A DNA stretch of 34,758 nt from an uncultured Candidatus Poseidoniales archaeon (lineage in GTDB: Archaea > Thermoplasmatota > Poseidoniia > Poseidoniales > Poseidoniaceae), in contig CAXGJQ010000002.1 of assembly GCA_964009815.1 (NCBI GenBank), forward strand, positions 1 to 34,758, given 5' to 3'. A program made the translations under genes and the position numbers. The notes under the pieces were generated by a model. It did not search any database, was not told the origin of the DNA, and saw only the letters and a list, made by a program, of their open reading frames with translations. Below, one piece after another: positions 9,677-16,060 of the stretch (its first letter is position 1; each line of letters opens with the position of its first letter).

Positions 9677-9708
9677 ACGCTACCGGCCAGTTCAAGGTCA
9701 ATGGCTAA

Positions 9709-10794
9709 ATGATACGAGGTTGTGTCAACCTTGTGAACCGCCACACCATCCAGTTTGCGCCTCATCGCCGGCGCGATGATGAGCGGGCTGTAAGCGAGGT
9801 GCTGGGGGTTGTCATGCTCTTGGCCATGGTCATCACCATCATGGGTGGAGTATGGGTCTTCCTCAACCCTTACCTGTCCGATTTTGAAGACAACACCAAC
9901 TGGAACTCTGCAACCGGGCTCGCTGACCGAATCGAGGACAGGATAGAAGTCGCAGGCAATGCCCCAGAAGACACCGGGTTCCGCAACACCTTGGCCATCC
10001 AATCCACGGCGATTCGCTCGGTCCAAAACGTCGAACATTGGACGATAAGCGCTGATTTGACCGACGGAGACCGCATCAACTTGAGGCACGTGAACGAGAC
10101 CACCATCGGCGTTTTGTCCTCAAATGAAACAGCACGCAGCATAACGGTGCAATCTCCAGATGTGCTCGTCGAGCGACAAATCACGGTGAGCCACTTGGAG
10201 GTCTTCATCACGCACAACGCCAGTTCATCCCATTGGATGATCATCACCGTATACGACGCCGACAATGAACCCATTCATCGACAAGTTATGTGGACCCTTT
10301 CTGGATTGCAAATCACTACATCGCTGGGCCAAGGTGAACATCAAATCGTCCTCATGAACAACGCCCGTGCTGAGCGATTCCCAAATGAAGCATGGGAGGT
10401 GAGTGCGATGCCACTGGTTGAATTCGACCGCATGGCCAACGATGAATTGCGGCTCTCGATGCTGCTCACCGATGTGGAAGCCAATGGAAGCATCGGATCT
10501 GGTTCCAACGTGGGCATGCAGTTTGTGTCACAAGGCCCACTTACCCTGTTTACAGGCCGAGCTTACAACGTGAATTTCAATGTCTTCAACGCTCTCCATG
10601 ATGTGATTACCCCGCAATACCACAACAACTGGCTTTCAGATTACACCATTCAGCGTTCTGCCGGAACCCTCGACACCTACATCGGATTCTCGCCCTATGA
10701 ACGAGCCAGTGGAGCGGATGGTTTCAGCGTCTCCAGCCAAAACTTACCCCTTTACTTTGAAGTTGACATTCAACGCGTGGAGGTCAGCCGATGA
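9709..10794 (+). CDS. Archaeal type IV pilin-like protein with class III signal peptide (361 aa), function unknown
   Basis: The N-terminus ...HRRRDDERA/VSEVLGVVMLLAMVITIMGGVWVFL matches the archaeal pilin N-terminal pattern (charged segment, R-A, then a hydrophobic helix of about 25 residues). The remainder looks beta-rich and extracellular, with sequons NET, NAS and NGS. The unusually long 26-aa pre-segment leaves the exact start uncertain (an in-frame GTG lies at 9733). Confidence 0.65.
   Translation: MIRGCVNLVNRHTIQFAPHRRRDDERAVSEVLGVVMLLAMVITIMGGVWVFLNPYLSDFEDNTNWNSATGLADRIEDRIEVAGNAPEDTGFRNTLAIQSTAIRSVQNVEHWTISADLTDGDRINLRHVNETTIGVLSSNETARSITVQSPDVLVERQITVSHLEVFITHNASSSHWMIITVYDADNEPIHRQVMWTLSGLQITTSLGQGEHQIVLMNNARAERFPNEAWEVSAMPLVEFDRMANDELRLSMLLTDVEANGSIGSGSNVGMQFVSQGPLTLFTGRAYNVNFNVFNALHDVITPQYHNNWLSDYTIQRSAGTLDTYIGFSPYERASGADGFSVSSQNLPLYFEVDIQRVEVSR
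10779..10784 (+). promoter_or_regulatory. Shine-Dalgarno-like GGAGGT, 6 nt upstream of the second pilin-like gene
   Basis: gtGGAGGTcagccgATG. It is complementary to the conserved 3' end of 16S rRNA. The start codon overlaps the upstream stop (ATGA). Confidence 0.6.
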
Positions 10795-13025
10795 GAGGAA
10801 CATTGCGAAGGGACGAAGACGGCGTTTCGGCCGCCGTCGCCACCGTGTTATTGTTCGGGGGCGTATTGTCAATCATTGGGCTGATGATGGTCTCTATGAT
10901 GCCGGTCATTGAAGAGATGGAAGGCTCGGTTGAACGGCATGACATGTCGTCGCAGATGACGCTTCTTGCCCATGAAACAGCCTCCCTCAGTGAACGGGGC
11001 ATGCCAGGAGACAGTGCTCACGCTACGCTCATTCCCGTTGACGGCGAGCTCGTGTGGGACAGTCTGCGGGGAGGAATGTGGTACTCGGCAACATGGGCAG
11101 AGGACATGAGCTTGCGGGCACGAGGTGCTCTTGATTTTGATGACCAGCTCGAAATACGCCATCCTGAAAGTTTCGTTGAGGCAGTCTGCATAACCGATTT
11201 ACGACTTGGCCCTGACCGCCCTTACTACTACACCCTCGAGTCCGCACTTGACAAAGTGAGCATAACCGTAACGCCGGGGCTAGCCATGCCACTTGGCCCG
11301 ATTGAAGTTGAACTGAACGAAGACGGGAGCGAACTATTGACCACTTCACTGCGAGTCGATGAGATGACGACCATTGACCTCAGCACCTACGGCACGACAA
11401 CCCTCGCATCGAGCCATGCTTTGACCGTGTTTGGGCACATCGGAGAAGAAGGGGCCACCTACGTATTGCCCAATTCCCCTGAACCTTCGGACAAGCGAGG
11501 TCATGCATGGTCCATCCCATTGACCTCAGGGAGTAGCACGCTCCACTTGCTGAGCGATGTGGCCAACCAAATTCACATCTCAATCGACGGTTCAACCACC
11601 ATTCATTATGCAACACCGAGCGGCCTAGCAAGAACCGGTGTTGCCTTCACTCACAGCATCACGGTTGACGAAAGTACCGTCGCCCACATCACGACAAGTG
11701 CACCTGCACGCCTTCTGCTCAAAGCCAATGCAACTGGGGAGGCCGGTTTGACGGCATGGCCATCCTCAAACGGCGCCTACCTCGGCCATTCCTTCCTACC
11801 ACCAAGCGTGAACGGCACCCTTCGCTTTGCCAACCCCGGTGAAAGCGTTGTCACGCTCACCTGGAGGGGTGGTGGGATTTCGGTGGCTGCAGGTGGTGTT
11901 GAGCACGTGAGTTGGCCTCCAGTCACCGGTGATGAGGCACCCACCATCGACGCCGACGGAGATGTATTCTTGACGTGGTCGGCATCAACCAATGCGACCA
12001 CAACCGACGCTTCATCAGGCACTACATTCGTAGCAGCCGATGATACAGGAGCAATGTCGGGTGGTGTGTTTTCCTATGCGAATTTGGAGAACGATACAAC
12101 CGAGAGCCTGCTCGTTCGATTGGCAGGATACACCTCAACATGGAACATGAGTGGAGCATCCGAGGCATCTGGGACCTTCCTTGAGGCGACCGACCACCGG
12201 ACCATCATCCTCGGCGAAGGAACCAGCACGCTCCGAGTTGAATCAGGCCACCCTCTACGAGCCCTCCGGCTTGGTGGAGACAGCGGTCTAATCCACCTCC
12301 CACACGATGGCGTTGATCGATGCACCAGCGTGTCCACACAAGCCAGTGGCTGGATCACGACCGACCTTCCCTGGCAAGGGATGGGGGGGCGAGGTGAAAT
12401 CGACACCCAGCAGGCTTGGGTGGAAGGCCGACATCCATCCAGTGTGAGCATTGATGTGTTGGGCAGCGACGGTATTTCTTCGCACAGCTCCATCGGAACC
12501 GTTTGGGCCTTCCATCTGTCCAGGCTGTCCTATCAGTTTTCCTCGTCCATTGACGGCATGGAGGTGGCCTTCAGTGGTGGAGCGGTCGTCACCAATCACC
12601 CTGAATTCAAACCCTACGTCGTCATCCCACCGTCGGACCGAGGCGGCCCTGGACCCCGGTTTGCTGCCACGATTCCTTCCCTCCACCCCACTGCCTCGAG
12701 CGAAAGCGGGGCCGGTGAGTTAGAACTTGATATTGAAATGGTTCATCGGACTTCCTTGGCATCAACTCCAGCCTACGAAGTGCGACGTGGATGGTCGGAG
12801 CCTTACGGGACGGCCATTGCGAATGAAGCCGGAATCGGCCTCGAAGCGAGCGAAGATTGGACCATTTACCCTGGACGATTGGACTTGCTTACAGACTATG
12901 TCGGCTGGGTGCCTGACCCAAGCTACGGTACTTCAGAAGCCGTTTGGCACACCAACGGTGAAGTGATTGAATTTACCTTGCAATTGGCATCGCTTGACGT
13001 CACCACACGGGAGGTATTGGTATGA
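10791..13025 (+). CDS. Large archaeal type IV pilin-like protein with class III signal peptide (744 aa), function unknown
   Basis: N-terminus MRGTLRRDEDG/VSAAVATVLLFGGVLSIIGLMMVSMMPVI. The start overlaps the upstream stop as ATGA (10791..10794). GGAGGT lies 6 nt upstream. It is far larger than structural pilins, and the soluble part is S/T/G-rich with several N-x-S/T sequons. Confidence 0.65.
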   Translation: MRGTLRRDEDGVSAAVATVLLFGGVLSIIGLMMVSMMPVIEEMEGSVERHDMSSQMTLLAHETASLSERGMPGDSAHATLIPVDGELVWDSLRGGMWYSATWAEDMSLRARGALDFDDQLEIRHPESFVEAVCITDLRLGPDRPYYYTLESALDKVSITVTPGLAMPLGPIEVELNEDGSELLTTSLRVDEMTTIDLSTYGTTTLASSHALTVFGHIGEEGATYVLPNSPEPSDKRGHAWSIPLTSGSSTLHLLSDVANQIHISIDGSTTIHYATPSGLARTGVAFTHSITVDESTVAHITTSAPARLLLKANATGEAGLTAWPSSNGAYLGHSFLPPSVNGTLRFANPGESVVTLTWRGGGISVAAGGVEHVSWPPVTGDEAPTIDADGDVFLTWSASTNATTTDASSGTTFVAADDTGAMSGGVFSYANLENDTTESLLVRLAGYTSTWNMSGASEASGTFLEATDHRTIILGEGTSTLRVESGHPLRALRLGGDSGLIHLPHDGVDRCTSVSTQASGWITTDLPWQGMGGRGEIDTQQAWVEGRHPSSVSIDVLGSDGISSHSSIGTVWAFHLSRLSYQFSSSIDGMEVAFSGGAVVTNHPEFKPYVVIPPSDRGGPGPRFAATIPSLHPTASSESGAGELELDIEMVHRTSLASTPAYEVRRGWSEPYGTAIANEAGIGLEASEDWTIYPGRLDLLTDYVGWVPDPSYGTSEAVWHTNGEVIEFTLQLASLDVTTREVLV
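13009..13015 (+). promoter_or_regulatory. Shine-Dalgarno-like GGGAGGT, 6 nt upstream of the third pilin-like gene
   Basis: acGGGAGGTattggtATG. The spacing and core are the same as at 10779. The start codon overlaps the upstream stop (ATGA). Confidence 0.6.
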
Positions 13026-13501
13026 AGCGTCAACACCTCACCAACGACACCAGAGCCGCAGCGACCGAACTCGGCTACATCTTCACGTTCTTGCTGGGAG
13101 TCCTCCTGATGAGCATGTTCAGCGTTTGGGCATGGGACATCGAGACCAACACACGACTTCGATGGAACGAGGAGGCCATTCAGGCCAACATGGACGACAT
13201 TGCTGCCGCCGTGGAGCGGGCTGACGAGGCAAGTCGTTTGGGAGGGAATGTCTCTTATGCCGAAGAAATTGCTTGGCGGCCTACTGAAGCCGATGAGTCC
13301 CTCTTCTGGCTCGAACTTCATGAGACATCGTTGATATTAATCGATGAAGGGGGGCCATTGGACACCGAAATTTCCCTCTCCGGCACAGGTTCAGGGACGC
13401 ATGAGGGCAGAGTCCCGCTGGCGGGGGTTGAACGGATTTGGGTTGTCCATGATGATGGCATGACGTTCTTGTCACTTGACCGGCCGCAAGCCGTCCAATG
13501 A
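13022..13501 (+). CDS. Small archaeal type IV pilin-like protein with class III signal peptide (159 aa)
   Basis: N-terminus MKRQHLTNDTRA/AATELGYIFTFLLGVLLMSMFSVWAW. The start overlaps the upstream stop as ATGA (13022..13025). GGGAGGT lies 6 nt upstream. Its size is typical of minor pilins or FlaF/FlaG-like accessory proteins. Confidence 0.6.
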   Translation: MKRQHLTNDTRAAATELGYIFTFLLGVLLMSMFSVWAWDIETNTRLRWNEEAIQANMDDIAAAVERADEASRLGGNVSYAEEIAWRPTEADESLFWLELHETSLILIDEGGPLDTEISLSGTGSGTHEGRVPLAGVERIWVVHDDGMTFLSLDRPQAVQ

Positions 13502-16027
13502 TCAGCGACTCATGACTGCACGGTGCACCATGGTCTGAACTTCCCGCATCCGGGCCTTGGCGCCCAGTTCTCGGAAGACCGTCAATGCCCGCTGAAGGTA
13601 TTCCATGCGACCTTGTTTGTCGGGAGCGACGCCTCCAAGGCGGGTGAGCAACTCACCAATCTGCATTCGCAAGTCGTTGGCTTCTGCCAAGACCAAGGCT
13701 TGACCGTAGTGCTCAACCGCTTCATCAGTCCGTCCAGCATCATGAAGCACCTCACCGAGGAGCATGGTAATTTCAACCAGGGATTGGACGTCACCCGCTT
13801 CGTTCATCGCTTCAAGGGCTTCCGTGTAGTGGAAAAGCGCCAATTCAGACTGCTCCACCTTGGAATAGTAACGACCGAGCACGGATTGGGCTCTTGCATG
13901 CAGTACCGCATCGCCGAGGGCTGACGTTCGCTCGTGAGAGGCCATGGCATGCTCTCTCGCCCGTTCAACCTCTCCAAGTTCAATCAGCGAACGAGCAAGG
14001 GTGATTTGACTGTAAATCAACTCATCATCAGTCGACCCCTCAAGGATTGCTTCGACCTCACCGTAGGCCTCAAGCGCTTTGTTTCGTTCGTTTTTTCGTC
14101 GCAGAAGGTAGCCGATGTTGTTGTACGTTCGAGCCGCCCAACGAGCATGTCCGAGTGAAATGTAGTGCTTGAGGGCAGATTTGTGGCGAGTCAATGAAAG
14201 CTCGCTATTCCCTTGCTTGCGGCTTACATCAGCCAGCGAAGACAAGATTTCAGCCTGAATCAGATCATCTGAATTTTTCTTCGCTAATTCAAGGGTGTTG
14301 TTGAGCAGTTCCTCGGCTTCCTCAAGACGCCCAAGGAGGGCGAGAATATCGCCTTGAAGTTGGGCCATTCGGATGATAACAACCGCCTCCAGGTCCTTTG
14401 TTTCAATTTGCTCAATCAATCCGAGGAGTTCCATATAACCCTGTGAAATCAGTTGTCGTCCTTCTTTGACCACCAGAGCGGAGGCCTCCTCAAACTGGCT
14501 TGACTTGATGGAGTGGTAAACCAATTCAATCAGCATATCATGCGATGATGTTTGTTTTTGATACCATTCAACGCACTTTGCGTGGAACTCTTCTCGCAGC
14601 GCCGTCGAGAGGCTACGGAGAAGAAACTCTCGAATGAGATCGTGAACGTCATAGGTTTCTGCATCGGCTTGACGAGCGAGTCCGGACTCTACCAGACTGT
14701 CCAATTCATCGGTGTTGAGTTTCTGTTGTGCCAAGGCTTCCAAGTGAACGGGCTCTCTAAAAATGGAAAGAGCGGAGAGTACCCGCTTCTGTTCCGCACT
14801 CAGCTTAGAGAAGATTTCAACGGTGACATAATTTTCCAATGTCTCGTGAAAAGCCCCGGCTGAGGCTCCACGGTTAATCAATTCCAACACGAGAGGATGG
14901 CCTCTGGAAAGACCGTGGATGTGGAGCCATTGTTCGTCTTCCATGGATTCAAAACTGGTGAGTAATTTTCTCCCAGATTCAGGATCAAGACCGTCAAGTG
15001 GCAGGACAAGGCTCGCAATTCGACCTTCGGCGTCTTTGGTGGGTACGACGGGTTTGAACGACCGTGAAAAGAGGACAAGACCAATCTTTTCTTCACTTCC
15101 AAGAAGGGCGAGTGACATCGCTTGGAAAGTTTGGTGAAGAACCATGTCAGAGACCTTGTGGAAATCGTCGATCACCAGCAAGGATGGAGTCCCTTCCAAC
15201 GCTTCGACCAAGAGGCGAGCTGCATCGGCCGGTTGGGGAACCGGGGTTGCGGCAAGATAGGTCGAGAATTCGGCATTGCCCATGCTCGAGAGCCAATCCG
15301 CAACGGATTCAAAGAACGAACGAGAACCTTCCCAGTCTTGACAGCGGTGATACAACAAGTTCCGACGATGCATGAATCGCTCAATCAATTTCGAGGCAAC
15401 CGTTGTTTTTCCAATGCCAGCAATTCCTGGGACCAGAAGGGTCGTCGCCCGTGCCTCAATGAGGTTCACCATGTTGTCCAGTTCGGTCGTTCGGCCGTAG
15501 AAATGTCGGAGTCGCGGGAGGTCAGCCAGCGAAGTGACAAGTTGCTTTTCAACATGCTTTGACAAGTCGCGCTCAACCAAATCCGCCGTCAAGTTCCTCA
15601 CATCAAGGCAGTTGTTATCATCGATGTAACGGATGATGTCAACCGGTCGCATTTCGAACGGAAGCACGCCTTTGGCACCACCCAATGTGGTCGAGACCGC
15701 CGGCTGTTCGTCCAAGATGCAGCGAACGGGTAAATCGGCAAGGCGCTCCCATGTTTCATTGGCGAGAATTACGCCACTGTCGGTCAAGAAGTAGGCCTTG
15801 CGTTTCCTAGAAACGCCTTTCACGTGGGCTTGGCGCTCAACAAGAATGCCTTGGTCTTTCAGTCCTGCAATGGCCCTCGGTACGTTCGAGCGGGCGATGG
15901 CGACCGCATTGGCAATGCCCATTTGGGAAAGGGCAAAGGGCACCTCAATGCTATCCTTGAAGTCGGAATAATCCAACAAATGGAGCAGGATCCGTTCCTG
16001 CACGCCTGGTTTTGCCTGTGCGGCCAT
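13502..16027 (-). CDS. STAND-like signal-transduction ATPase: N-terminal winged-HTH, P-loop NTPase, C-terminal TPR array (putative transcriptional regulator)
   Basis: 841 aa. Residues 1-100 look like a wHTH (MGIANAVAIARSNVPRAIAGLKDQGILVERQ). FYGRTTELDNM precedes Walker A at LLVPGIAGIGKTTV (15404..15427). Walker B is LLVIDDFH. The C-terminal ~300 aa consist of amphipathic A/L/E/Y-rich 34-residue-type repeats (for example ARTYNNIGYLLRRKNERNKALEAY and ALFHYTEALEAMNEAGD). Confidence 0.75.
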   Translation of the reverse strand: MAAQAKPGVQERILLHLLDYSDFKDSIEVPFALSQMGIANAVAIARSNVPRAIAGLKDQGILVERQAHVKGVSRKRKAYFLTDSGVILANETWERLADLPVRCILDEQPAVSTTLGGAKGVLPFEMRPVDIIRYIDDNNCLDVRNLTADLVERDLSKHVEKQLVTSLADLPRLRHFYGRTTELDNMVNLIEARATTLLVPGIAGIGKTTVASKLIERFMHRRNLLYHRCQDWEGSRSFFESVADWLSSMGNAEFSTYLAATPVPQPADAARLLVEALEGTPSLLVIDDFHKVSDMVLHQTFQAMSLALLGSEEKIGLVLFSRSFKPVVPTKDAEGRIASLVLPLDGLDPESGRKLLTSFESMEDEQWLHIHGLSRGHPLVLELINRGASAGAFHETLENYVTVEIFSKLSAEQKRVLSALSIFREPVHLEALAQQKLNTDELDSLVESGLARQADAETYDVHDLIREFLLRSLSTALREEFHAKCVEWYQKQTSSHDMLIELVYHSIKSSQFEEASALVVKEGRQLISQGYMELLGLIEQIETKDLEAVVIIRMAQLQGDILALLGRLEEAEELLNNTLELAKKNSDDLIQAEILSSLADVSRKQGNSELSLTRHKSALKHYISLGHARWAARTYNNIGYLLRRKNERNKALEAYGEVEAILEGSTDDELIYSQITLARSLIELGEVERAREHAMASHERTSALGDAVLHARAQSVLGRYYSKVEQSELALFHYTEALEAMNEAGDVQSLVEITMLLGEVLHDAGRTDEAVEHYGQALVLAEANDLRMQIGELLTRLGGVAPDKQGRMEYLQRALTVFRELGAKARMREVQTMVHRAVMSR

Positions 16028-16060
16028 ACCTCAACCCTCAGTCACGCTCACTGTTGAGGT
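16028..16060 (-). other. 8-bp stem hairpin spanning the 20-nt junction between the beta-helix gene stop and the STAND regulator start
   Basis: acctcaac (16028..16035) pairs perfectly with gttgaggt (16053..16060), leaving a 17-nt loop. The stop codon of the upstream gene (16048..16050) sits in the loop/stem and the regulator's ATG (16025..16027) abuts the stem. Confidence 0.4.

Noticed and set aside
12240-12330. A GDSGL string in the 744-aa pilin-like protein (LGGDSGLIHLPHDG), considered as an SGNH/GDSL hydrolase motif
   Set aside because: In SGNH hydrolases the GDS(L) block lies near the mature N-terminus and is accompanied by conserved G, N and D-x-x-H blocks in order. I could not find these here, so a single pentapeptide match is not evidence.
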